From positions 2,528,001 to 2,592,000 of the forward strand of contig CBDCDC010000002.1 in NCBI GenBank assembly GCA_965215195.1: a stretch of 64,000 nt of DNA, written 5' to 3'. Numbering within the stretch: the first letter of the stretch is position 1; the number at the start of each line of letters is the position of its first letter. Source of the DNA: Candidatus Latescibacterota bacterium (lineage in GTDB: Bacteria; Latescibacterota; UBA2968; UBA8231). Both the position numbers and the translations under genes were made by a program. A model generated the notes under the pieces. The model was not told the origin of the DNA. It was given only the letters and a program-made list of their open reading frames with translations, and searched no databases. Shown here one piece after another: positions 9,810 to 18,621 of the stretch.

Positions 9810-10388
9810 GTGATAAAAAACAACTTCGACAAAGGGCCAGAAGGCTGGTGTTCGTACGACTACCACGCCAGCATGGTGGCCGACGGTAGCAATATCTTCA
9901 TCCTAGCCACGTGGGCCGCGCAGGGCGGTGAGGACAATGGGAGCTTTATCTGGACCGATCACCGGCGCTGGAGCGCCGATACCCCGGAGCACCCCCTGTC
10001 CATCCTGCCGCTGCTGTGCTACCGCAGTTGGGTCGGCGCTGACCCGCTCGATATGCGCCAGTCCGCAGTTGCGGTCCACCTGAGGGCCGATCGGCTGCGT
10101 TTGGACGGTGCCCAGTGTTTCTTCTGGGTACACGCCGCTAGCACGCGCTGGCACTACACAGCCCACCCTCTCGCTCTAGAAGAGGGCGTTTGGACGGCCA
10201 ATCGCCTTGCACTTGCAGCAGACGAAAACCAATGGCACCGCAGTTGGTCCGCCGACCCGGGCCATCCCGTCGCCCTCGAACAGGTGTTGAGCCGGGCCGA
10301 GAGTTACGGTTTCTCCTTCGTCGGATTTTCCAGCGAAGTTACCGGCAGGTTGTCAATGAGCCAATTTTCTATCACCGCTGGGACGTAG
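9810..10388 (+). CDS. Hypothetical Trp-rich protein (possible carbohydrate-binding-like beta-sandwich)
   Basis: GAGGAG RBS before GTG 9810. 192-aa ORF filling the gap between genes. The fold guess is weak. Confidence 0.6.
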   Translation: MIKNNFDKGPEGWCSYDYHASMVADGSNIFILATWAAQGGEDNGSFIWTDHRRWSADTPEHPLSILPLLCYRSWVGADPLDMRQSAVAVHLRADRLRLDGAQCFFWVHAASTRWHYTAHPLALEEGVWTANRLALAADENQWHRSWSADPGHPVALEQVLSRAESYGFSFVGFSSEVTGRLSMSQFSITAGT

Positions 10389-10480
10389 ATAGTGCGGCCG
10401 TTCCCACTCGAAACCGTCCCTGCTCTCTGTAGCCGTTGAAACGCGCCCCTCCTTCTTCCTCTCCCGAAGTCCAAAACCAC

Positions 10481-11533
10481 CTAGCCAGCTACTTCTCTGA
10501 AAACGCGAATAAAATTGCCGCCCATAATCCCGGCGATCGCCTCGGCCTGGTGCCCGCGCTGCTGCAAGCCCTCGACGATATTTTGGCTCTTGCCAATATC
10601 TTCTAACCCGACCGGCCGGGCGTTGAGCTGGTCGAGCAGGTCCGTACCAAAGCCAACGTGGGCAGATCCAACCAGCGCAACTATGTAATCAATGTGATCC
10701 AGCAATATCTCCAGACTGGCTTTTTCATCCCCGGGTCCCAGCGGCATCGGACTAGGGCATATCAGGCCCCCGGTAGCGGCCACCGCCCGGAGCTGGTCGT
10801 CGCTCAAGTAGCGCACGGTGTCCCGCAGCGCCCGCGCATTGCCGTGCGTGGCAACGACCGGCGCACGGGCGACTTCCAGCGCGTCCCAAAAACCGGTCTC
10901 AATTAGATGCGTGATATCGACGAGCATGCCCAGCCGGTTCATCTCGCCAATGATCTGCCGGCCAGCCTCGGTCAGCCGGCCCGGCGGATCGACCTTGCTG
11001 TCGTAAAGCCGCATGGTCGGCCCGTTCCACACCTGCGTCGCCGTGCCCAAGTCGTTGCGTCCTTCGTGTACCAAGCCGAGGTGCCGCAACCCCAAGCGAT
11101 AGAGCGTACGCAATACGCTCAAGTCGCCCTTGAGCGCATCGCCGCCCTCCAAGCCTAAAACAAAGGCGACTTTCCCACTCTTGTGTGCCTCTTCGATGTG
11201 ATCGGCAGTAGTGGCCAACACTGCGTATTCCCCGGCTTCGCCTTCGAGTTGGCGATGTAGATAGTCGATGATTCGCAAAACCTCCTGCAGGGGATGCCGA
11301 CTGCCGTGAGGACCGCCGATCCTCGCATCTGGCACCCAACAAGCGGTTAGCTGAGCCGCGACCCCACCGGCGCACATCAGGGGAACATCGGTCAGGCCGC
11401 CCAAACCTTGGTGCAGCTTGCGCCCCGACTTGAAGGCCAGATCCAAGGTATGGCCGTGGGCGTCAATGATCGGCACTGTTAGGGAATTGTCCATGCTCGT
11501 CGCCGCGTGGATATCCACTCTATTGTCTTTCAC
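10481..11533 (-). CDS. Membrane dipeptidase family (peptidase M19) protein
   Basis: Motifs DAHGH, LGLEGG, VDITH, ATHGNA, LDHIDY, HVGFGTD and GGNF. The GTG start overlaps the upstream TGA; an alternative ATG is at 11494. Confidence 0.85.
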   Translation of the reverse strand: MKDNRVDIHAATSMDNSLTVPIIDAHGHTLDLAFKSGRKLHQGLGGLTDVPLMCAGGVAAQLTACWVPDARIGGPHGSRHPLQEVLRIIDYLHRQLEGEAGEYAVLATTADHIEEAHKSGKVAFVLGLEGGDALKGDLSVLRTLYRLGLRHLGLVHEGRNDLGTATQVWNGPTMRLYDSKVDPPGRLTEAGRQIIGEMNRLGMLVDITHLIETGFWDALEVARAPVVATHGNARALRDTVRYLSDDQLRAVAATGGLICPSPMPLGPGDEKASLEILLDHIDYIVALVGSAHVGFGTDLLDQLNARPVGLEDIGKSQNIVEGLQQRGHQAEAIAGIMGGNFIRVFREVAG

Positions 11534-12483
11534 GGGGCCTCCGCGGCCCTCCGGCGCGTTGCCTGTCGGCGTGCTTCGCCCGCGGCCGTGAGTTTGCCCT
11601 CTTCATCGTAGTAGCCGTCCTGCTGTCCGGCGACTAGAGGCCCGTACAGATCGGGCCGGCGTGCTACAAAGCGCCTTTTGTCCCGTTGCGGCAAGTGGAC
11701 GTACTGTACGCTGACGCATTCGGTTTCGTACTTCTCCAAGTGCAATTCCCCGCTGGGGCTGATGATTACTGCGCTCCAAGTGTTGGCAATGACAATCCAG
11801 CAGTGATTGTCCCGGGCCCGCCAGCGCATTTTCTCGGTGTTCTCCGGCCCGCCGCTACCGTCCATGGGAATGAAAATGACCTGTGCCCCCTGGACCCCCA
11901 GCACCGCGCAATTGTCCACGGTGCGGTCGCTACACAGCAGAAAGCCCAACCGGCCTAGGGGCGTGTCGAACGGTTGCAGCGCACGCCCTGGCGTGATGGC
12001 GTACTCTCCCGCGGTGGTAATTTTGCGGTAATGGGCGATCACCTCGCCTTGCGGATCGAGCATGACACAGGCGTTGAACAGGGTCTGGTCTTCCCGTTCC
12101 AGAAAGCCGAATATCAGGTAAATTCCCAATTCTTTGCACAACGCGCCCGCTCGCTGGATATAGGAGCCATCCGGCGCGGTCTGGGCGATTTTTAGCATAT
12201 CCGCCAATTGGGATGTGGGGTCTTCGTTAAACACATAACCATCTAGCACGGACTCGGGCGCGACAATCACTTGGGCGCGACGCCCGGCCGCTTCCCGGAC
12301 ATAGACCTCCAGCCGGCAGAAGTTATCCTCCAATTCCCAAGGGGCCGATTTCAAGGTGACAATTCCAACCAGCATGCTCTGTCTCCTATCAGAGGGTAAC
12401 GGCAAGCGGTCTTGGTCCAACTCCACCAGTTCTGGCGTCGGGTAGACGAGAGCAGGTATGGTTTTGGCCTGTAACTCGTCCAT
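11530..12483 (-). CDS. Carbon-nitrogen hydrolase (nitrilase superfamily)
   Basis: Glu-Lys-Cys triad contexts VAPES, HYRKI and GFLLCSD. Confidence 0.85.
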   Translation of the reverse strand: MDELQAKTIPALVYPTPELVELDQDRLPLPSDRRQSMLVGIVTLKSAPWELEDNFCRLEVYVREAAGRRAQVIVAPESVLDGYVFNEDPTSQLADMLKIAQTAPDGSYIQRAGALCKELGIYLIFGFLEREDQTLFNACVMLDPQGEVIAHYRKITTAGEYAITPGRALQPFDTPLGRLGFLLCSDRTVDNCAVLGVQGAQVIFIPMDGSGGPENTEKMRWRARDNHCWIVIANTWSAVIISPSGELHLEKYETECVSVQYVHLPQRDKRRFVARRPDLYGPLVAGQQDGYYDEEGKLTAAGEARRQATRRRAAEAP

Positions 12484-12497
12484 TGGTCTTTTCTCCT

Positions 12498-13979
12498 TTA
12501 GTACCTATCTCCGGTTCGATAGGCGTACAGGCTCGTGGCGTTGTCGGCGCGAAAGTGCAAGCGGATACTCCGGCCGACAAAAGGCGTCAGGTCGCGCCGC
12601 TCCTTTCCCCACGTAACCTCGCAATCCGTCTCGTCTCCCTGTTCCAACCCATTGCACGAGTCAAAGTCAAAGCCCTCCGGCACGGAGGCCTCCGCGATGA
12701 CGCGCACTTGCAGGCATCCGAATAAACAAGTGGCATTGACCCCGAGCCTAGGACCGCTGACGGCAATGGGTTCGGTCATCAATTCGCCGCCCCGGATGCC
12801 GCAGCGCAGCGCCACAAAGCGATCCTTGCGCAGCGTCACTAGGCCAATCGCACTGGTGGAATTGCCCTCGGTGCCGTGGGCTTGGGGACGGCCCGAATAC
12901 CACATGTACAGTGTGTCCCCCACAAGAGCGGGGGGATTGGACGACAGGGAGGACCAAGCCCCGTCCCAAGTGCCCGGCGAGCCGACCGGCAAAAATTCCT
13001 CGCGCCGGCCCACCCGCTGCCAGTGGTCCAGATGCCGCGCCGTAGCCAGTTGCACCGGGCCCAGCTCGGTGGCCGAGTGCAGCATGCCGATAAAACCAAT
13101 GTACTGGCTGCCATAGACAAAGGGCGTCATCGCGTATAGCTGATCGCTGGGATCGTCGAAATCGTCCGGTTTGAGAATGGTCCTCAGGGGCGTCCAGTGG
13201 ATGAAATCCTCGCTGCTGGACAGGGCAATGACGCGGCGGTACTGCTTCCACTCGAGCACGAAGTGGTCCATCAGCGTTTCAAAGCGGCGCGAAACCGCTA
13301 GGTAGCGCTGCTGCATGGGATCGTACACCAGTGCGCCGGCATCGCCGGAGCGGGGTACGCAATTGCGGTCGTCCAGCCGCCAGTGAATGCCGTCTGGCGA
13401 GAAGGCCGCGTACATGCCGTGGCGGTCGCGGATTTTATCGAAGAGCACTTGGCGCAGGGCATTGCGCACTTGGCGCTCCATAGCGGGCGTTTCCTGCGGA
13501 GCGTCCGCGGTGGGGCGCTGTTGGTACATACCCATCTTATACCGTTTGGACGGATCTTGCTCCTGCGGGTCTTTGACCACGCCCCACGGATCTAGGCCGT
13601 AGTGAACACCCGGCGGCGGATAGACGATATTGTTGGCGCGGGAGCCCTCGCAGGCCACGAGCCCCAGTTCCGGCTTTTCCCACGCGATGCCTTCTTTTGA
13701 GGTGGCGTAACACATAAAGTGCCCTTGGCCAGTGCGCTCGTACAGGTCGTTGTTGATCGCATAATACCACATCTTGAAGCGGTTTTCGTCGTCGTCGTAG
13801 AGCACCGAGCCCCACAGCTGCACGGCTTTCCCCTCCCAAGGCCGATCGGGTTTTAATACCGGCTCGGTCTGTACGCGCTCGGGCCGCTGCACCTTGCGCA
13901 CAAAGCCGGGGTGATCTTGTACTTCCACGTCATCGAGAAATAGGTGCAAATTAGGGTCGTAAAAATTATTGCCGTTCAC
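12498..13979 (-). CDS. Uncharacterised GH32/GH43-like five-bladed beta-propeller protein
   Basis: Likely GTG start at 13979 with GGAG upstream. Motifs LFLDD, PDRPWEG, FKMWY, CYATSKEGIAWEKP, RYKM, SPDGIHW and LRKDRFV. Confidence 0.7.
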   Translation of the reverse strand: MNGNNFYDPNLHLFLDDVEVQDHPGFVRKVQRPERVQTEPVLKPDRPWEGKAVQLWGSVLYDDDENRFKMWYYAINNDLYERTGQGHFMCYATSKEGIAWEKPELGLVACEGSRANNIVYPPPGVHYGLDPWGVVKDPQEQDPSKRYKMGMYQQRPTADAPQETPAMERQVRNALRQVLFDKIRDRHGMYAAFSPDGIHWRLDDRNCVPRSGDAGALVYDPMQQRYLAVSRRFETLMDHFVLEWKQYRRVIALSSSEDFIHWTPLRTILKPDDFDDPSDQLYAMTPFVYGSQYIGFIGMLHSATELGPVQLATARHLDHWQRVGRREEFLPVGSPGTWDGAWSSLSSNPPALVGDTLYMWYSGRPQAHGTEGNSTSAIGLVTLRKDRFVALRCGIRGGELMTEPIAVSGPRLGVNATCLFGCLQVRVIAEASVPEGFDFDSCNGLEQGDETDCEVTWGKERRDLTPFVGRSIRLHFRADNATSLYAYRTGDRY

Positions 13980-15063
13980 GGTTCCGCTCCACAGATTGGC
14001 CGGTGATATAGGATTTGGTGATAGCGATAATGAGCTCCACGTCGTGGCGCGCTTCCGCGAGGGGCGTGCGGCACACCACCCCCTCGGTGATACAGGCGTG
14101 GAAGTGGCGCAACTCCGCAGTGAAGGCACTCTCCCAGGGAATGGCCGGCTCTTTGCGGTAGCTGGTGCCGTGCTCGTCAATGCCCTGGACAGTCAGGGTG
14201 GAGAGTACGCGGCGCGAAAAACCGGTCGGATAGGTGAGCAGCACGCGCTTGTCGTCGCCGTAGATTTCGAGGGTCTCGCGAAAATCCCACAGCTTTTCCA
14301 AGTCAACCCGACTGATGACGCAGCGCGCGCCGTTGGCGTATTCCAGCACCGCGGTAATCGCTCGGTTGTTCTTCCAGATTTCAGTGCTAACCACGGCGCG
14401 GGGCAAGCCCACCATCGCGCGCAAGCTGTAGAGATCGTGGATCAGGCCATAGGTGATGCCGCAGACCGGCTCAGCGCACACGAAAAGGTCGCCAAAAGCC
14501 TGGCGCAGTGTTTCTCTATAGGCGCGCCGGCGTTGGGCGGCGATTGCGGGGCGTTGGGCATCAGCGTATTGCACGTTGAAGTGGTCGAGGTGAAGCTCAT
14601 TGCTCGGGTGTAGGTGGTTGATCTGGATAAAACTGTAATCCAAACCCTCCACCTCTCTTTTGGCCAGCGCAAAGGCCGGATCGTAGGCCTTCATGTAGGC
14701 CGCTTGGCCCACGGTGCCAGCTTCGCGCATGGCCGCGATCATGGCGTCGGCTTCTTGCATGGAAGCGCAGATGGGCTTTTCGATGAGCACGTGTTTGCCG
14801 GCCGCAAAAGCAGCGATGGCCGCGTCGCTTTTGGGGTCGGTATGGCAAAGGAGGACCGCGTCGATATCAGCGCTCAGCAAGTCGTCGAGGGTGCTGACGT
14901 GCCGAGGGATGGCAAAGCGTTGGGCGACATAGGCCGCTTGGTCGGGGGACAGGTCGCAGACAACGGGAACGGCAAATTCCTCGTCGAGTTCCAACAGGTT
15001 GGGTAGGTGCTGGACCTGAGCTATGGCCCCACAGCCCAAAACACCAATGCGTACGCGGGCCAT
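13966..15063 (-). CDS. Gfo/Idh/MocA family oxidoreductase
   Basis: Rossmann motif GVLGCGAIA and AGKHVLIEKP; GGAG RBS. Confidence 0.9.
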   Translation of the reverse strand: MARVRIGVLGCGAIAQVQHLPNLLELDEEFAVPVVCDLSPDQAAYVAQRFAIPRHVSTLDDLLSADIDAVLLCHTDPKSDAAIAAFAAGKHVLIEKPICASMQEADAMIAAMREAGTVGQAAYMKAYDPAFALAKREVEGLDYSFIQINHLHPSNELHLDHFNVQYADAQRPAIAAQRRRAYRETLRQAFGDLFVCAEPVCGITYGLIHDLYSLRAMVGLPRAVVSTEIWKNNRAITAVLEYANGARCVISRVDLEKLWDFRETLEIYGDDKRVLLTYPTGFSRRVLSTLTVQGIDEHGTSYRKEPAIPWESAFTAELRHFHACITEGVVCRTPLAEARHDVELIIAITKSYITGQSVERNRERQ

Positions 15064-15203
15064 GTAAAGAACTCCTGCTAATGCTCTCCGGTTGCCAAGG
15101 GTCGTTTGAGTTAAGCCCCTTGAAATCCAGAGCCGTATTTAGTTACTTAGAATCCTACGTCGTCAATATAAGTCGTCAGCCAGTGCGATCACAGGAAAAC
15201 GAG

Positions 15204-16061
15204 ATGATGACCCCGGAACAGCGCTATTTTTTTGATCTAACCGGTTATCTCCACTTGCGCGGCGTTCTGCGCGAGAGCGAACTCCGATCCGCCCAAGATG
15301 CGGCCCAGCGCTACATCGACACGCCGCCGGACCAAGTGCCGGAGGGCTTTCGCATTGATTTCAACCGCGAGCACTTCAACTGGTATCTCTACGCCTTCGC
15401 CTTTGACAAAGCCCTCGAACGGCTGACAGTGCATCCTCAAACTTGGCCCATCCTGCTCGAACTGACCGGCGGCAAACCCCGGCTAGGCGGCGGCAATATG
15501 ATGGTCGACGTCCACGGCAAACCCTTTCATCCCCTGCATTCGGGACGCGAATCAGCCCGGCGGAAAGGCCAGCCAGGCTGGCGCCGCAGTTTTGTCAAGG
15601 ATGGCAAAATATACAACAATGACTTGGTGTTTTTCTTTTATCTGTCCGATGTTTTCCCCGGCGACGGCGGACTCATTGTCGTACCCGGCTCGCACAAGTC
15701 CAATTTCCCGCGCGAAAACCACTACTTCTATCCGCAAAGCTACACCGCAGACGGGGGATACAACGACGATTATTTTAGCACCGCAGTGCCCGAAGGAGTG
15801 ACCAATTTTACCCCCAGAGCCGGCGACGTGGTCATCATGTCCGAACACCTCACCCACGGCGCACTCTCTTGGGTTCCCAAAGACCGGGAGCGCCGCTTTC
15901 TCACCCTGCGCTATAGCGTGCAGCACATCGGCCCCTCCGACCCTTTTCCCGACGGCGTCAAGGCCAAATTGTCGCCAGAAACCTTGGAACTGATCGCCGT
16001 GCGCGATTTTAAGGACCGCAAGGAAATTACCACGCGCACTACAATAGAGTTGACTGTATGA
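15204..16061 (+). CDS. PhyH-family Fe(II)/2-oxoglutarate-dependent enzyme, copy 1 (H-x-G motif)
   Basis: N-terminal FDLTGYLHL, GGLIVVPGSHK, AGDVVI, distal THG and RR motifs. The first metal motif is LHSG. ATG at 15204 or 15207. Confidence 0.85.
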   Translation: MMTPEQRYFFDLTGYLHLRGVLRESELRSAQDAAQRYIDTPPDQVPEGFRIDFNREHFNWYLYAFAFDKALERLTVHPQTWPILLELTGGKPRLGGGNMMVDVHGKPFHPLHSGRESARRKGQPGWRRSFVKDGKIYNNDLVFFFYLSDVFPGDGGLIVVPGSHKSNFPRENHYFYPQSYTADGGYNDDYFSTAVPEGVTNFTPRAGDVVIMSEHLTHGALSWVPKDRERRFLTLRYSVQHIGPSDPFPDGVKAKLSPETLELIAVRDFKDRKEITTRTTIELTV

Positions 16062-16080
16062 ACGAACCGAGAGGTGCGAC

Positions 16081-16938
16081 ATGACTCCCGAGCAGCGCTA
16101 CTTCTTTGACCTGACCGGCTACCTCCACCTCAAAGGCGTGCTGCAAGGAGCAGAATTAAAAGCAGCCCAAGACGCGGCTCAGTGCTACATTGACACGCCC
16201 CTAGAGGAAGTGCCCGCCGGCCTCGAAATCAATCTCGAGCGCGAACATTTCAACTGGTATATCAATGCCTTTGCCTTTGACAAGGCCCTCGAAGCCCTGA
16301 CCCTACACCGCAAAACTTGGCCCATTCTCAAGGAGTTGACCGACGATCGGCCGCGCCTGACTAGCGGCAATCTGATGGTCGATGTCCACGGCAAGCCCTT
16401 CCATCCCCTGCACTCCGGCGTACCCGGGGCACCGGCCCGCAACCCAGAGCAAGGACGCTACAGCGCGGTCGGCGGCAGAATCCAGTGCAATGACCTAGTC
16501 TTCTTCTTCTACCTGACCGACGTCTATCCCGGCGACGGGGGGCTTATCATTCTGCCCTGCAGCCACAAGAGCCACTTCGACTATCCGCGGTCGCTTTTCT
16601 ATCCCGAGAGCTATACGGCCGAGGAGGGGTACAACGACAAATACTTTAGCACCCAAGTGCCCGAGGGCGTGCTCAATGTAACGCCCAAGGCCGGCGATGT
16701 GGTCATCATCTCCGAATTGGTCACCCACGGCGCACTCTCTTGGGTGCCCCAAGACCGGGACCGCCGCTTTCTCACCCTGCGCTACATGCAGCAGCACGAA
16801 AGTGTGCGCGGCGGCCTGGACCGTTTCTCCCCGGAGGTCAAGGCGCGACTTGCGCCGGAAACCCTCGAACTGGCTGCACCGGCTTCCTTTAGCCACACCA
16901 AGGAAATCGTCAAACGGGAAGTCGTCGCGCTGAGCTGA
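16081..16938 (+). CDS. PhyH-family Fe(II)/2-oxoglutarate-dependent enzyme, copy 2 (H-x-G motif), tandem paralog
   Basis: GAGG RBS. Collinear with copy 1 over the full length, with identical MTPEQRYFFDLTGYLHL, MVDVHGKPFHPLHSG and THGALSWVP. Confidence 0.85.
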   Translation: MTPEQRYFFDLTGYLHLKGVLQGAELKAAQDAAQCYIDTPLEEVPAGLEINLEREHFNWYINAFAFDKALEALTLHRKTWPILKELTDDRPRLTSGNLMVDVHGKPFHPLHSGVPGAPARNPEQGRYSAVGGRIQCNDLVFFFYLTDVYPGDGGLIILPCSHKSHFDYPRSLFYPESYTAEEGYNDKYFSTQVPEGVLNVTPKAGDVVIISELVTHGALSWVPQDRDRRFLTLRYMQQHESVRGGLDRFSPEVKARLAPETLELAAPASFSHTKEIVKREVVALS

Positions 16939-16942
16939 GCAC

Positions 16943-17128
16943 TCAAGCGATCTCTTCTAGAGCAATGGCCCGGGTCCGAGTAGGTGTGACCCGCTGCATC
17001 TTGAGCGGCAGGGCGATGAAAAAGACCCGGTCTTTTGTGAGTTGATCCAATCCCGCGAGGGCGATTGCCGTAGAGAGGGCTGGCCATCGCCCGCTGCTGG
17101 TCGGTCCGTTTGTGGTCTGCTCCCTCAA
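16943..17128 (-). pseudogene. Probable remnant of lipoprotein signal peptidase II (lspA-like)
   Basis: 61-aa ORF with a TTG start overlapping the sulfatase stop. Contains AIALAGLDQLTK, resembling the LspA N-terminal DQxTK motif, followed by RVFFIALPL. The NxG, GNxxDR and FNxAD motifs are absent. Confidence 0.5.
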
Positions 17129-18573
17129 TTTTCATCCGCGGCCAGCGGCCCCACTACCCCCAAACGCAGCGCGGGATAGAGCGTTGCAAAAAGTGGCGTG
17201 TCGCCGGTATCGCGGGCATAACGCCAATACAGCCGCGTCATTTTTTTGACCTGCTCGGCATAGGCGGGATCCCGCGCCAGATTCTTCATCTCGTATGGGT
17301 CTTCGTCTAGCTGGTACAATTCGTCGAAATCAAAGCCGTTAAACACAAACTTCCACGCCCCGTCCCACACCACCCGCTGCGTCAGCCGGTGGCGGTTGCC
17401 AAAGTATTCGGCATACCCTCGGGTCCATTCGTCGGCGACATGGGCCGGTTCGCGCAACAGCCCGACAAAAGAGCGGGAATCGGCCACCTCAATAGGCTCG
17501 CAGCCGGCCAGTTCCAACAGGGTCGGGCACAGATCGTGCAAACCGACTCGGCCCGCGCAAACAGCATTCCTCGCAATGTTAGGGCCACGCACAATAAGCG
17601 GCACCTGATACACTTCTTCAAAAGCGGAAATATCCTTGAAAAACAGACCGTGCGCTCCCAACAAATCCCCGTGGTCGGCGCACAGTACAACGATCGCGTC
17701 GTCGAGTTTGCCCGCCTCTGCGAGAAAGTCGATCATCCGCCCGAACTGGGCATCTATTTCGCTAATCGACGCGAAATAACACGCCCGCGCCGTGCGCTTG
17801 TGCTCCTCGTTGAGCTGCCGCCAAATGCCCTGCGCCCGGCGATAAAGCCCCGGCCGATCCGCCAGATCATCATCGGCATTGGGCGGCGGCGGCAGCGCTT
17901 GAGCGGCATAGCGGTCGTAAAACTCGCGGCCGGCAATAAAGGGATCGTGCGGCTCCTGAAAACTGACGAAAGCACACCACGGATCGTCGCCTTGTACTAC
18001 CTCCTCCAGATAGCGCAGCGCCAGCGTCGTCGTCAGCCCCATGCCGCGCTCTTCGGCTGGCCGATCGGTCACCCCGTAGAGCAGATGGGGCCCATAGCCG
18101 TGCGGCTCTTCGAGATAATGCGCCGGCTCGCACGCCGGCCGCAGCGGCTTACCGCCCAGCACCTCGGCGACCAATGCATCGTAGAGCGCACCACCGACGA
18201 CTCCGTTGACCTGCCAGCCGAAGCGGCCCAGCGCATTATCGCGCTCAATGTGCCACTTGCCGAAATACCCGGTGCGATAGCCAGCGTCGACCATGCGCTC
18301 GGCCCAATGCGCCTTGTCGGGGCGCAGCGCATGCAAATCCGGCACCTTGGGATAGAGCACCTCCAGCACCCCGTGGTTGTGCGGCATCAGCCCGGTCATC
18401 AGGCTCGCCCGGGTCGGCGAGCAAATGTTATTGGGCGTATAGGCGCGAGTAAAACGCACCCCCTCCCCGGTCAACCGATCCAAGTGCGGAGTTTGACAGA
18501 CGTGATCCGGCTCGAGCACGCGGGCCTGCATCTGGTCGGCCATCAAAAAGAGAATGTTGGGCCTATTGCTCAT
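17125..18573 (-). CDS. Sulfatase (formylglycine-dependent, Cys type), cytoplasmic
   Basis: RPNILFLMADQ, CSPTRASLMTG (CxPxR), GKWH, PHDP, ADHGD and ELYQLDEDPYE. No signal peptide. Confidence 0.92.
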   Translation of the reverse strand: MSNRPNILFLMADQMQARVLEPDHVCQTPHLDRLTGEGVRFTRAYTPNNICSPTRASLMTGLMPHNHGVLEVLYPKVPDLHALRPDKAHWAERMVDAGYRTGYFGKWHIERDNALGRFGWQVNGVVGGALYDALVAEVLGGKPLRPACEPAHYLEEPHGYGPHLLYGVTDRPAEERGMGLTTTLALRYLEEVVQGDDPWCAFVSFQEPHDPFIAGREFYDRYAAQALPPPPNADDDLADRPGLYRRAQGIWRQLNEEHKRTARACYFASISEIDAQFGRMIDFLAEAGKLDDAIVVLCADHGDLLGAHGLFFKDISAFEEVYQVPLIVRGPNIARNAVCAGRVGLHDLCPTLLELAGCEPIEVADSRSFVGLLREPAHVADEWTRGYAEYFGNRHRLTQRVVWDGAWKFVFNGFDFDELYQLDEDPYEMKNLARDPAYAEQVKKMTRLYWRYARDTGDTPLFATLYPALRLGVVGPLAADEN

Positions 18574-18621
18574 TGCTATTTGCTTTCGGCCATGGCCATT
18601 TGCGGCACTCTAACACATCCA

